Origin: Laetmonice hystrix
Taxonomy: Eukaryota
NCBI GenBank assembly: GCA_965235115.1
Contig: OZ249436.1
Location: forward strand, 16,184,001-16,248,000
DNA: 64,000 nucleotides
Reading direction: 5' to 3'
Of the stretch, positions 34,974 to 48,400 are shown piece by piece. The notes beneath the pieces were generated by a model. It saw only the letters and a list, made by a program, of their open reading frames with translations, had not been told where the DNA came from and did no database searches. A program made the position numbers and the translations under genes. The stretch's first letter is position 1. Every line of letters starts with the position of its first letter.

Positions 34974-37900
34974 CTACTGGCGTTTCTTCCCAGAGAGAAA
35001 CTGGCGCATGGCCTTGTTGACTTCCTCGGGGGCCTCCTGCTGAACCCAGTGACCTGACGTTTCAATATAATGCAGGGTCAGGTTGTGGATGTAGTCCTTG
35101 GAATATTCTGCCATTTGTTTGCCGAGCGCCAGATCGTGCACGCCCCATACCATCAGGGTGGGGAGAGTTGTCTTGTTGCTATTCACCACCGGACGCTGGT
35201 AGCGGATCGACGCCCGGTAGTAGTTCACCGGACCAGTCAGACCCGCTAAAACGAAAAGGGGGAGTTATTAAAGCTATAGTATAAGGTCAAAAGATCTCGA
35301 CAGGTAGGCCTACTCCAGTAACACATTACATGTATACAGTATAGGTTCGATCTCTTTCCAGAAGCATGGTGAATGTCAAATTTAATTAGTTCAAATATAA
35401 TTTTTAAACGACAAAGGGGCTTAGACATTCCTCAATAACCGGTGGTGGGCCTTCCACAGAACCGATATTTTGTATCTTGCAGGTAGACCTAAGTATTAGG
35501 CCTATAATACTTACATCCGTAGTCGATGGAGAATTTGAACGCCTCTCGTTCCTCTCCCTCTGCCAGTGCAGGCTTCTTACCGCCAGGTGCCCGGACCCCA
35601 AGGATACGGTCTAGGAAGGCATAGTCATTCGACCTGAGGAACAGCTCTGGCAGGTACGGCAGCTGGAAGAACATTATGTACCTGGAAACATATAGAATTC
35701 TGTGCAAATCAACAGATGCTACGATAACACCCATGGGTGTATGGCGACCCTTTGGTTAAGGGGGGCAGAGGGGTTAATTTGCCTGAAATTTCTGTCAGAT
35801 TGCTTTTCTTTTTGCTTTGCCCGATCTTACCCCACTGTTGTTGCCTGAATTTGTGAGGGCAGTTGCCCCCCCCCCCCCCCAGCTCCTACACCTATATGAT
35901 AACACCTGGGCCATCACAACTCAGCTGCATACCGGTATGCCCCATGGTGGTCCATCATATAAACTTGCACATGTGTAGGCATGTAGGCCTACATCAGTGC
36001 TGAAGCCTGTGGAGGGCTCATGGAGGGACGAAATGAAAGATATCAGGGATCAAAAACAGTAAATTAAAGGAAACAGACAAGCAAAAAAAAAATCTACCTG
36101 TTTATTTAGAACACAGTGATGCAACAACAGGATCCACCTATGTCTAGGCCTACTCACCATGACATGTATATCTGAGTCCAGGACCGTTGGAAGTGTCGCA
36201 AGAAGCCGTTAGGGTGCGGCATGTTGCAGACGATAAACTTGGACACCATCTCCGGATGAATGAAGGTGAACCAGTGGGCTACATTGCCACCCCAATCATG
36301 GGCCACCAACACACACTGCTTGTAACCTGTGGATAATTTCAGACAGCAATTTAGAAACGCCAAAAGTGGTTCATTTAACCACAAGGTAAACGCCGTCGTA
36401 TCAGCGTAATTTGCTCTCAGCCTATATCCCCCCCCCTCGATTTGCCCTTTTTATGCTGGACCCCCCTCGGACCCCCCCCCCCCCCGAATGTAGACCCTAG
36501 ATCCGCCCCTGTATCCCCCCCCCCTCCCTAAATTACGGCTCTGGTTTTTAAGGTTTCTTGTCCTCACCAAGTTCCTCGATCAACTCCTTCACATCATTTA
36601 CAAGTATCTCCACCGTATAGTCGGCCACGTTCGGCGGTTGGTCTGATTCACCGTATCCACGCATGTCGACGGCGACCGTCCTTTAACACAGGGAGTCGGT
36701 AGAATGCACATAAAACTTCCTTGTTCGTTTTCTTCGCGACGATATGTAGGATGGATGACACCGTACACTCGGCATATGTATTAGGGTCTAGCCTATCCTA
36801 TATAATGTTAGTCTATGGCAGATATACGGCCGGGAGGGGATTAGGATAAAAACGAAATTATTAGACCCACGTGACGGTATAGGCCAAATGAATTTCTCAG
36901 TTACAAAATGTAAGTTAAAACTTTATAACACGGGAAGTAAAGTCATTTAATTGTGGTTAAAGTGATGTACCTATAGTCCTGGGAGAATTCACGAATTTGG
37001 TATCTCCATGAGAACCAACATTCAGGGAATCCATGAAGGAAGAGCATCAAGGGTTTGCTGGGAGGTCCATTCACAACATAGTGGAGCCTGAGTCCTGACT
37101 GGAATTATATGAGAGGGAATATTATTGTATGTCTACAGAGCTAGGACTATATTAGCCCATACGTAGAACTTTCTAAAGGGGGGGGGGGTATTTTTGCAAA
37201 ACGCTAACCTTTTCCACTGCTGACAGAAATCGCCATAAATCGCAATCGCAACATAAATGGAGAGAAGCGGGGGGGGGGGGGGGTTCTTACTAGTCTAATG
37301 CTTCTTTAAATAGGTCCGAATTATAACCAAGAAATAATTAAGGGTCCAGATTTAAATTTTTTTCTAACCCTTTTCCACTCAACCTTTGATGCGGGATAGA
37401 CTCTACTTCAGTCCAAGCCAAGCCCCGAGGCCCCCCCTTGCTCAGTTAGACGCGAGTCATGATAGTGGGCCCAGTTTTTAAAAGGAAGATCAGTATCTCG
37501 AGCTTACAGTTACCAAGTGTTAAAAATAGACTTGCCACAGATTCCCAAGTTTGATTTGCCACTTGATATATAATCCACTAATTAATATGGGGTTAAGGGG
37601 CCCCCCGCAGTCAATATTTCTTTTTTTTCCATTTACCTTTCTGAATTTACCCCCCCCCCCCCCCAACACACACTGTAGCAAATAACCCCCCCCCCCCTTA
37701 CCAAAATCCTAGGATCCGTTCCTGGACCATAATAATTAAATGTGAATTGAAATATTTTTGGTCTTTTGGTCATCATGAACCTTTGAACATGGATTACTTT
37801 TTTTTACACTCCCTGTAAGTAACTTATATAATTCATTCATGTAGCTTTGTAGAGCAGATACTACACGAGATCTAGGGCAGGCATTTATCTCTTTTGAAGT

Positions 37901-38264
37901 ACTAGGCATGGTTCGGCCAATGCCATGGCATTGCCCCGTTAGCCTAGATGACAGGCAGACCGATGTGTACACACGGGTTAGCGTTACCGCGTCGTCAGGC
38001 CGGTCAAACATCACGTCCCGGCCAGGGGCCGGCGGACAACGGTACCTTGAGTTTGGCAAATCTATGCTCGCCCAGAGCAGGGTCGTCCATACATGCCGGT
38101 CGGCTTGTCCGCTTGTGAACAGTGAAGAATTTCCGAGGGCCGAACCTGACCATGTTGATCAACATGCTGATGACGCCCATTGTACCGAACACCATGACGA
38201 ATATCAACGTCGGTAGCAGTTCGGAAAGATGATTCCATTTCGGCTTTTTGTCTTTGACGGCCAT
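34974..38264 (-). CDS. EPHX4: Epoxide hydrolase 3/4-like alpha/beta hydrolase with N-terminal membrane anchor
   Basis: Exons 38264-38046, 37098-36971, 36680-36568, 36326-36158, 35681-35515, 35245-34974, with consistent phases. Motifs: HGFPE oxyanion motif, DMRGYGES, nucleophile HDWGG, lid tyrosines SWY and NYYR, acid WGVHD, catalytic GHWVQQ, and a hydrophobic N-terminus. EPHX3 versus EPHX4 orthology cannot be resolved. Confidence 0.9.
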
Positions 38265-38509
38265 CGTTGTCTGGCTGTGCCGTGCGGATCGACGGATGAT
38301 CACAGCACAACCAGGCCCGGGCCGGTGTGCACGTGAGTTCAGAGTACACGGGCGGGAAGGGCCGCACTGCGGGCAGCGCACGTGCCTGGGACTGCCCGCG
38401 AGCCGAGAGGCTCATGGGAAGGAGTTTGCCCGCGACAGTCCACCGCTGATCGTGGCGGGAACGAGAAGGGGGGCGTTCGGTCCAAGCCAAACCCAAGTCA
38501 AGGGGCGCC

Positions 38510-38582
38510 CTAGGGCTGATCCGGGGGGGGGGGTGCGCACCCCCCCCCCCCGCCCGTCTTGAAAATCTTGGATCCGCCCCTG
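38510..38582. mobile_element. Mini-MITE of the CAGGGGCGGATCC / GGATCCGCCCCTG family
   Basis: Degenerate left TIR CTAGGGCTGATCC, right TIR GGATCCGCCCCTG, and the direct repeat GGCGCC on both flanks. Relatives occur at ~36500, ~37715 and 39309-39432. Confidence 0.6.
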
Positions 38583-39001
38583 GGCGCCATATATGAATTA
38601 TATAGCCCTATATAGACTACGCTGCGTCGCCAGTCCATAGATAGGCCTCAACGGGAGGGGGCAAATTTAAGTCATAGACTGATAGAGATATGACGTCTAT
38701 GCCTATGGCATATGGGCAATCCCTGGCCTAATCCTATATAGGGAGCACGTCCCCCCCGTACAAAAGGTCCATGTGGTTGTATAAACTACAGTCTGCCGTT
38801 TGGTGGAAGGGCCCTGCTATTTTTGGTCCGTCGCCGGTCGGACGGTATTGTACACACCCACTGAGACTCTATTGTTGCAACACCCCCTGGATCCACCTCC
38901 AAGTGGGGCGTTCATACATCCCTCGTGGTAACCACGAAATTTGGTCGGAAGTAGATTTTTAGTGGGCATGGGGGAATAACTAGGGCGGTTAGATCCCCCT
39001 A

Positions 39002-39217
39002 TATAGTCTGTTCGCTCTAAGAAGAGCTCGACCTCGGCCTCATTAAAGCTCTGACCTGCCCCCCTCCCCCCGTCTACCCACAGCTGGCGTATCACAAGTC
39101 ATCACCGCCTGTCATTCAAGAATATGACCAAATTCCACGTGGTTCTGTATTACCCCAAATGAAGTAATATCTTTAATGAGGCCGAGGTCGAGCTCTTCTT
39201 AGAGCGAACAGACTATA
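39002..39217. mobile_element. MITE with perfect 47-bp inverted ends (TA-flanked)
   Basis: 39002-39048 TATAGTCTGTTCGCTCTAAGAAGAGCTCGACCTCGGCCTCATTAAAG is the exact reverse complement of 39171-39217. Confidence 0.85.
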
Positions 39218-40008
39218 GTCCCACCAATGCGCACTAGGCCCATATAGTTCCGGCGCCTATATGCAAGTACAGACTGGCCTACCGATATGCAGTTCTGTAT
39301 GCCCCAAACAGGACCGGATCCAAGGGAGGGGGGGGGGGCGTGGGGGGCGTACGCCCCCCCCCCTATTTTTGGCAGAATAATGATTTTTTGAGACCCAGAC
39401 CTCCCATGGGGAGCCTTCTATATCCGCCCCTGTAAGCCTAATCTATGTCTAGGCCTACCGCATTTGACTAGGGAAGAGGTGATTAATTAAGTGTGACCTT
39501 GATTGGAGCGGTGGGGAGCCTAACCTTTTCAAAACAAGGCAGATTGATTTGGTTAGGAGACTGCATATGATTGAGAAATAAAGCTTTGAGAAGTTTATGT
39601 CACTCACATCAATACAGGAAATCACAGAATTTCAAAAATACCAAGAAGAATGTTGATGTGTTTTCCTTAGATAGATGCAAGTGTCCATTCCTTTTGCGCA
39701 TACCGGTATACACCGTTAGAGTGTCGATATTGTATTTGAAAAATTGTAAGAAAGGTGACGTACTCTCCTCGAACCCCCGTGGAAGAGAGGGCTCGTGTGT
39801 TTTCACACCTCGCCACTCGGTGGATTCAAATACACATCTATAAATATACCAACTCTCCTTTAGCATATACACGTACATCACTGGACAGCCCTTCCTTCCT
39901 CTTATAAATCAGTTAGACACACTCTCTTGTTCTGAAACAGCTCCGATAGCAAATTGGGAGCAACTTTTAATTTTCATCCTGAATATCCACCCCTGCAGGC
40001 TGTAGAGA

Positions 40009-42267
40009 TTATTCCCTCGATGCCTGTCGTCTGTGTGGACCCGGCTGCTGAGGTGCACCACCAGCAGGGCTAGATGGTGTCACTCCGTAGATGGTCTGCA
40101 ACAGGAAAACTCGTCAGAGGCAACCCGAGACCATATTTGGTATAAAATCATTCAGCAAGCGGGACAATCGTAGCAGATATATCAATCATTTAATTTCTCA
40201 ACCCCAGTCTTCGTATTTCTGGTCGTGTCTGTAAAACATGTTTCTTATCTGAACTTATTGACACTGATCACAGATAGTCGACTCACATGACCTTTCAATT
40301 TCGTGTCTCCGTCAGGGCTTAATGATGTTAATGTTCTTCATCATGGCTCTGGCAACTTTCTTTATATTCCTAAACTTTTAAACTAGTATATTTAATTCAT
40401 ATATAAAGAAATATAAAAGAAAGAAATTAAACAGATTTTTTAAAACAACCAGTTCACAGGAATTAGAACTGACCAAAAAGCATCATTATTTTCCAGAATA
40501 AAGAAACAAAGGGAAGTCGAATTTGTGAAAAGAAGAATTGCAATTAAAAACATCAGAGAAAGCCAAAAATAATTCAAAATATCACATCGCTTACGCTATA
40601 TCAAGAGCTTGGACACATGTACATACCATAGGTCCATACTACCGTTACCATAATATGTGTATGGGTTTGGGGTACTTGCAAGTATTATGTTTGCACCTTC
40701 ACCATAATTACTCATATTTAATTTAATAAAAAAGCGATCTACATATATATAGCAGTAATAATCCATTAGCAGACCTATGCGAATGAACTTTTGGAAATGC
40801 ACAGTATGATTCCAATGTTCTGAGCCTTAAAAATGTCAAGAGCAATGCCATAGGCAGCATACTTCAAACCTGAAAAATATTCTATTAATTAACCAAATTG
40901 GCCAAAATATTTTATTCATTGGGGGGGGGGGGGGGGCAAATAAAGTCATTTTTCAACTGGGACCCCAATTCTCATGCAAGGTTTGACCCTATCCAATTCT
41001 TAAATGTCTTGAATTTTCATAGATTTCACTGAAAAATCTATTCATGAAAGTTTAGATGTTTCACAGACAATCTAGACTGCAAATGTTCTTAAATTGCAGG
41101 ACATTCTCAATTTGTTGAACTGTTGGGGACCATGTGTGCAGTCCTTCAGCTTCTACTCATTACTCTAACTAGATCTTCATTTAATTATTCACAAACATTT
41201 TATATTTACCTGCCACCAGGTAGAAGCATCCTGAACAAAACATTAACTTTTTTTTATGTCTTAAAATATGCTAACCATATGTAATTGCAAACTTTTATAC
41301 AGTGTGGTAAATACTAAAAATGTAAAAATATGTAACTGTCTAGCCAAGCCCAAGGCAATTTACAAGAGGGCTGCCGCTTAGCATGAAGCAGTGCCTGTGG
41401 TTTTATTGTTAGATAATACGTATTTGAGGTAAAATTTGAGGCTTTATTTCTGAGGAAAAGTTTTTGGTCTCGGGAGAAAAAGAGAAAGGGGATTCTAGGG
41501 AGAATAAACTTTTCCCTGACACAAGCCGACAAGGCAACTACCTAGCTATTGCAACACACCTGCGCCCCTGGGTATGATGTAAAGCGAGCAGCTGGGGAGG
41601 CTCTCTCAGAGGAGGATGTGAGAGCAGAGAAGCGACTGTACATTCCAGATGACACTGCTTGTTTGGCCTGTGCCTGTGGTAAATGAGGCAGTCTGTGGTC
41701 ATCAGCTGTTCCTCTTGGCCACGATCCATCAGAAGATATCCTTGAAGTGGCCGATGATGGGGCACTGCTTCTTGCAACTTGCAATTGAATGTTATCTGAT
41801 AGTGCTAGGCCTACGTCTTGATTGACTAAGTGATTTTTCAACTTCCTATTGATTTCATAGGCTTTTTTCAGGAGTTCCTCCGTTTCTTCTTCAGTTAGAT
41901 TTGCTTCATCCATTTTCTTAATAATATCGTCTGGATTTGTAAAGTCTATGTCGAATACAATATCGCTTTCGCCTGCTGAAAACCAGGGGGGCTGTTCCTT
42001 GGTCTTGGCCTGCTTCATCTTCCTTACGTGTCCTTCCTTTCCTTTCCCTGCGCTTGGCCCTGGCCCTGGCCCTGGCCCTGGCCCTGGCCCTGGCCCTGGC
42101 CCCGGAGCTTGGCCTAACGGGGTCGGTAGGGGGCCGAAATCTACACCCGACGAAGACAAAGATTGAACGTCATCTTCTACGACAAATTTCCGTTGCCTCG
42201 TCCTCTTAGGGTTTGAAATAGCAGATTTATCTTTACTTTCAATACTTGAATTCACTTGCGCTGCCAT
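40009..42267 (-). CDS. Unidentified protein with a (Gly-Pro)8 tract and a short predicted helical segment; 3' exon structure uncertain
   Basis: 241-codon ORF 42267-41542 with a good ATG context and a CAG|GTGTGT phase-0 donor after 41560. Candidate downstream exons: 41230-41210, 40369-40287 and 40095-40009 (TIYGVTPSSPAGGAPQQPGPHRRQASRE*). No family recognised. Confidence 0.65.
42055..42102 (-). repeat. (GGGCCA)8 coding hexamer microsatellite
   Basis: Eight perfect TGGCCC units on the + strand, encoding (GP)8. Confidence 0.95.
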
Positions 42268-42482
42268 AGCTTGTCATTTCAACTTGTAGACTAAATTGGT
42301 GGTGGGTCAGAAAAACCTGCCGATTTGTGCGTCGTTGGTTACTTTCTTTACTTATTTTATCTCTGTGAAGTTCCTGTCATGCGCAGTAGGGCTATACTGC
42401 TGTTTTCCGGTTGTACCAACGTTGGACATTCGCACGAATGCAACGAAAGATTAAAACAGTTTTATGCATCTAAATCTGGCAA
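42268..42482. promoter_or_regulatory. Compact bidirectional promoter (orphan gene / Cactin)
   Basis: Only 215 bp separate the divergent ATGs at 42267 (-) and 42483 (+). The interval contains CpGs and a TGCGCA motif. Confidence 0.65.
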
Positions 42483-45400
42483 ATGGGGAATAAAGACAAG
42501 AAAGCACGAAGAGGGAGATCACGTTCACCGTCAAGAGACAGAGAAAGATCACGGGCCAAACAAAGGGATGGCCGTAGAAGGTAAAGTTCATGTATTATCG
42601 CTCAATAATTCAATACAATGAGGGGTCTTTTTTTTTTTTTTTTTTTTTTTTTATTGAACATCTTTACCCAGGATAACCCTCTCGGCTGGGAGCCGTTGCA
42701 AATGTGGGGTCCTGCATATATCATACATCATCTTGCATATCATCTTTACATACATACGTAAAAATATACATTAGACTAGAGCCTTGCATAACAAATATTA
42801 CCTTACGTACATGTCAACATTACATAGTACTTAAACCACATGATCGACAATCAATAATTGGTGATCTCCCTGTCATTATCAATGATAAATAATCTAGTGT
42901 AGTATTTTTTAATTTCTTCTTTGAATGAATTAATCGAACTTGATCTAATATGAACAGGCAGACTGTTCACAGGAATACACGACATGTCCGCCCGTCGCCA
43001 TGTCCGCCCGGTCATGTCCGCCCCTCGGTACTATGCCCGCCCGCCCGCCGTGCCTCTGTGATAGACACTCAACTCTGCCCACCCTGCCGCCCGTAGTCCC
43101 GGGAAAAGCCGTCAACGTGACTAGGACAGTCTACTGAGTTAGAGGAGTGTATCAACAACTCTAGATCAACTATTGTAATCGCTAAGTGCCCGCCCGACCT
43201 TGGAGCCTCGTGGAGAACACTGGTTTAGGAGTTCTACAACATGGTGAAGACCTACTCCAACAAGCCAGAGTCTGATATCTGATATGTAGTCTGTATCAGA
43301 CTCTGGCAGTTGAATCGAAAAAGCGCGTGGCAACCACATTGAACGTTCGAGTGACCGGGGTTCGCGTCGTTCGGCGACTGATAACTTCCTTTTGGGATCA
43401 CTCTGGGTGGTAAAACTTGCCAAGTAGATACAAAAGATATTAATGTATGATTCACGGTGATGTGTTGCGTTGTGGTCTTTATAAAGCATACTTTTGTGCA
43501 CGGTTTTGCCTGTTCTTTTTGCACACACAACCGTCGAACGGAAGTATAGCCATGTTGGATTGACCGATTGGTCATGAACATATGAATTGTTATGTGGCCG
43601 CCAGGCGGAACGAACCACGCAGATTCCCAGCCAGCGTGGTGCTGTCCACTTCCCATTGCGATTCCACTTTTACCAGAAACATGCCCATGACGTCACCGCT
43701 AGCCAAATTCGAATCAAGATGGCGACAGATTCATCGACGATTTCAGAGAGGGTTGCAAACGACAGCCGCACACGAACTCAGTATTAATCAACATACCCCA
43801 ATAATGGTGTGAAGAGAGAGAAAAAGGTGTCTGCTGTCACCGGTAGAGTCAGTTTGTGTAATGAGTCAGTCGTAGTGAGTGAGTGAAGCCGGTGAAGTTC
43901 GCCACTGGATTTGAAAGCTTAACTCCTAGACCCTGTTGACAACAAACTAGCAGAAACGGGGTCTAGGTTCCTGGACTAGGTGAAGACCATGAAGCCTATC
44001 AAGTTATTATTTTTCATAACAAATAGTCTAAACACATCCTGCCACAGATTAGCATTTCTTTGTCCTATCTAACGTCATACTAATGTGTAGCCAAGAGGAC
44101 AGTGCTACCGCCACGTGGATATGACTGGAAATGCGCCATTGTGCATGTGTCTCGCCAGTCGTTTCGGCCGCCCGTATCTGTAGTGACCAGCTTCGCCGCG
44201 GGTCGCCGCCGCCGACTGGTCACTCAATCGGCCGCCGCTCGAAATTGGCCGCCCGTAATAACTTACAGATGATCGGGCATTGCACGCGGCACCCCCCGGC
44301 TCTGCCGTTGGAGCCGCCCGCGGGACTAAACTATCACTAACCCTAGTAACACTAACCCTAGGCCTAACCTTAACCTTGACTCTTCTGGTCGGGTACGGCC
44401 GCCCTTAACTTACCCGTGGCCGATTTCGAGTGGCGGCCGATTTCGATATAGGCCCCTACATCCTAACCCTAACGTTAACCATACGGGCGGCCGAACCGGT
44501 AGGCAGCCGAAATGTCCCTCATTACAAATTGCCCGAGGCTATCCTACTGAAGCTACTCCAACGATTCTGCTTGCCATTCAGGGATGTAACTCTTCCATCA
44601 TATAGCTGAATTCCGCCAACTGCCATTCCCCGTATTTTCACAAATTAGGAAGAGTCTGATATCTCTCTTAGCCTAACGTTAGCGTTTTTATTTGATTTCG
44701 CCATACCATCCCTCCCAGTGGGCTTTACCCAAATCATCGAGAAATGGAGTGTCAAGAGTTATTTTGTTTGATAGGACGGGCAGTTGTAGCACATGCAGCA
44801 GATGGAATACCCCACATGTCTATTTACGGCCGGTCAATCCGGACCAGCCCTAAACTCTAACACCTCCGTCACCTATAATCCACCCCCCCCCCATCCCTCA
44901 CCACCCACCTCACCCCAACAAGAGTAAGTTATTGTGAAGGAAAGCCCCTCAGACACTTAGATTGTATTTCATACATGATTTAGAACAACTGGTTATGGGC
45001 AAGTACCAGAAGAGTTGTGCAGACTTGCCACCACTGGGGCCCGTCTTACTAAGAATATTCCTTGCCAAATGGCGACATCGCCAAACGGCGATGTCCCGGC
45101 GACATGTCTTACTAACAAGTCGCCGATTGCTGCTTATGCTGATGATAATTCGCCCAGCAGAGAAACTTAAAACACAATGTTTTACACCCTTTAAAGTCTA
45201 TTTTACATTCTTACCATTCCAAAACATGCTATTTTAGATGTCTGCCATGTCCGTTCACTGGGTCAGCTAGAATCACTGTCTATTTTGATGACGTCAGACA
45301 ATGGTTTGTTTGGACATCACATAGTGCTGTCTGCAAACACAAATGTTGTGTTTGTGGCACCGGGGAAAGAAAGCAAGATCTCTAGTTCACGGTTTGACAC

Positions 45401-48400
45401 ATTTTAGCTTTTATTGACGTAAAGATGTACTTCTAATGAACGTTTTTTTATTGGCGATTTTGTGGCGACTGCTCAGTAGCACTCCCCGCCAAAGTCGCCA
45501 AATTGGCGACATCGCCAGGGAGGGATTTTTTAGTAAGACACCTAGAGCTGGCGATATCGCCAATTTGGCCACTTTGACGGCAATATTGCGGCGACCTACA
45601 TTAGTAAGATGGGCCCCTAGATGACCATTGCTTAAAACGTTTACCAATATAGAATGCATCCAGGGCCACATAAGACACAAAGGTTTTATAGTCATTTTTA
45701 AAATGATGTGCATTTATCTTTACCAGGTCCCACTCCTCCAGTTATGAATCGGAGAGTTCTACTTCATCTTCATCATCATCATCCTCAGCAGCAATAAAGA
45801 AACAACATAAGAAGGAAAGACAGCAGTCAAGGTCACCTGATGGAAGCAGATACAGGTCAAGGTCATCAGGTAGAAGGAAACAAAGATCAAGGTCAAGAGA
45901 CAAACAACAGAAGAAGAAAAAGAAGAAGCACAAGCGATCCCGATCAAGGGAAAGGCTGGAGAAACCATTGTCTGATGTGCAACTTGAGGAGAGGAAGAAA
46001 GAGCTGAGGTTTGAACTTTCAGAAAATTTAAATTCCCAGAAATTTAAACAGGGTAACTCATGTTATAAAGTAGGGCTGTCACCTGGAAACTGAGTAAGCC
46101 CTACCGGGGGGTATGTCATACTTATAGATTTTGATCTAGTTTCAGATAATTTCATTATTTCCAACACTGCTACATTAATCTGTCAGTCAAAGTTCTGTAT
46201 TCAAACACCAAGGTAAACCAACTATATTTAGCTTTATTCTTTTTGTATGTGACAAATAATCAGTGGTTTGGGATGAACCTTGAAACCTGGATTGATGGCT
46301 CATTGTTAGATGTATAGAGGATTATCAGGAAGCAGGCCTCGAATTACACGACGGCATCGACGGCAATTGCCGTGGTGCCCCTTCCATTTGCCGTGGTGCC
46401 CTCCTATTTTTTGCCCCATCGACGGCAGTCCAGTGCCGTGGTGCCTTTTTCCCTTGCTACCATGTGCCCTTCAGCTGTAACCAGCCATCGCCAAATCATC
46501 CCTGACATCGATCCCCTAGTGATCACCAACACCACTAACCTAAAGTGTGAAGGTTCCTTGTTTTACTGTTAAGCCAGACATGCGGGGTTTGGTTTTAGAG
46601 AAGTAAATTTGCCGTGGTGCCCTTCTAAACTTGTTGAAAATGCCGTGGTGCCCTCCTTTAAACAAGGCCCTCGACGGCAATTTTTGCCGTGCCCCTTTTA
46701 ACTTCTAATTCGAGGCCTGAGGAAGTGTGTGTACATCAGGTGCAGCTGATAAAACTGGGCCTAAAGCTTGAAAATCTGGTCTGGAGCCAAAGGCTTTAGA
46801 TATGGAATAGTCAATAACCCATGATGTTTAGTGCCCAAGGTGACATTATCACTGGTTAACCTAGCACGATGGCAGAGCCTGAACGATAGGTTAGGCAACA
46901 TTACCGGCACCAAGGGCTCTAAAAATCATGGGATATTTCCATCTTACCACTATGTTTTCCCCATACTTTTAGATAAACAGATACTTACCAGGGCTTCGTT
47001 AGATCTAGAAAAAACCCCTGTAGAGACTAGCACCCTAGACCAAACACTTGTCACTTCAAGTTTAATGACACTTGACCATGATGTAAAAGAGGCGTTCTTA
47101 TTGGTCATTTCGATACTTGGCCTAGCGTGGTTCCCTCACAGCGACTTTAATTGGTCAAGACATCACAAGAAACACATTCCAGCATTACATTTCATTGTAG
47201 ATAGAATAGAGTAATCATTACAAATTGGCATATTATCTACACTTATCCAGCAGAGTAAGGTGATTTAATGGTCTTAGCCGATTTCTTTGATATGGTACTG
47301 ATTGTAAGAGGATACGTGTATTATGTCTTCAAGTAATCGGTGAACGTTCAGTCGAAGCCTTGCTTCCAGCTAGCAGTGTGGTTATCCAGTTCTAAGGTAG
47401 TGCTAGTCAAGGTGTAACTCATGCTAACGAAGTTGGGCATGATATAACTGTAACCAACTGTCACAATCTGCCTAATGATTTCAGCTAATATTATTGCCTC
47501 TTCACACAGGGTGCAGAAAGATTTGGTTAAGTCACTGGAAACCCCAGAAGAAAAGCGGTTACGGCGACTAGCAAAGAAGGTATACATGATCATTAAGTCA
47601 TAGAATCATTAACTGGACTGTGTGCTGTTACTCTTTGAGGAAAGAATCATGGAAAGATGAGAGCAGTCTCCTTACTATAAAGTTACTGAGACCATGTCAG
47701 AAATAAAGGTTGTTACCAGTATATTTGTGACAGTGAAGAGTGCGATCAGATTATGTTGTTCACATTATTGAAATTTTCTTTTTCTTTGCTGTCTCAGGAC
47801 TCATATTGTCACTTTTTTTCCAGGAAGTCAAAGAACGGAAAAGGAAGGCAAATATGGGCTGGGATGATGAATATATGGTGAGTGACTGATTCTATTATTG
47901 CAGTAACTGACATTCTCAGAGTATCTGTACAGCTAAAAGTGTATTAACCGGTATATAGAAAATTCATGTTGGACAATGTTTCCCCAGTGAACATCGAAAA
48001 CATTGGTATTACATATTTTAACCAAATCAGTTACTGAGGTCTGTAGTAATATTACCTCACAGCTGATCTTGGCCAAAATTGTTTGCGGTCACCACACTAC
48101 TTTTTATTTCTGCAGTCAAAGTTGTACTAGTAAGTTTGAAGTGCAGCCTCCTCATGGTACCGGTATGGTATAATAATATTTTCTATTGTGAATATTAATA
48201 ATTCACTATCTTGTCCTTTCAGGGCTACACAAATGCTGACAATCCATTTGGAGATGAGCACCTTCTTGATAACTTCAAATGGGCAAAGAAAATGGATAAA
48301 GAGGGACGAAAGAATATCTCCAAGTCTGAACTAGAACAACTTCAGAAACAAAAAATGATAGAAAACAAGGTAATTGCCAGGCAGTGTTTTTAAAATTGAA

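Noticed and set aside
43719..43787. CAAGATGGCG start as Cactin exon 1
   Set aside because: The frame stops at 43787 without a donor. The RS-rich exon 42483-42580 has the correct phase-2 donor.
44335..44480. Interstitial telomeric repeats (CCTAAC/TTAGGG-like; also ~61485-61520 and ~62830-62920)
   Set aside because: They are degenerate, short, and embedded in dispersed foldback elements.
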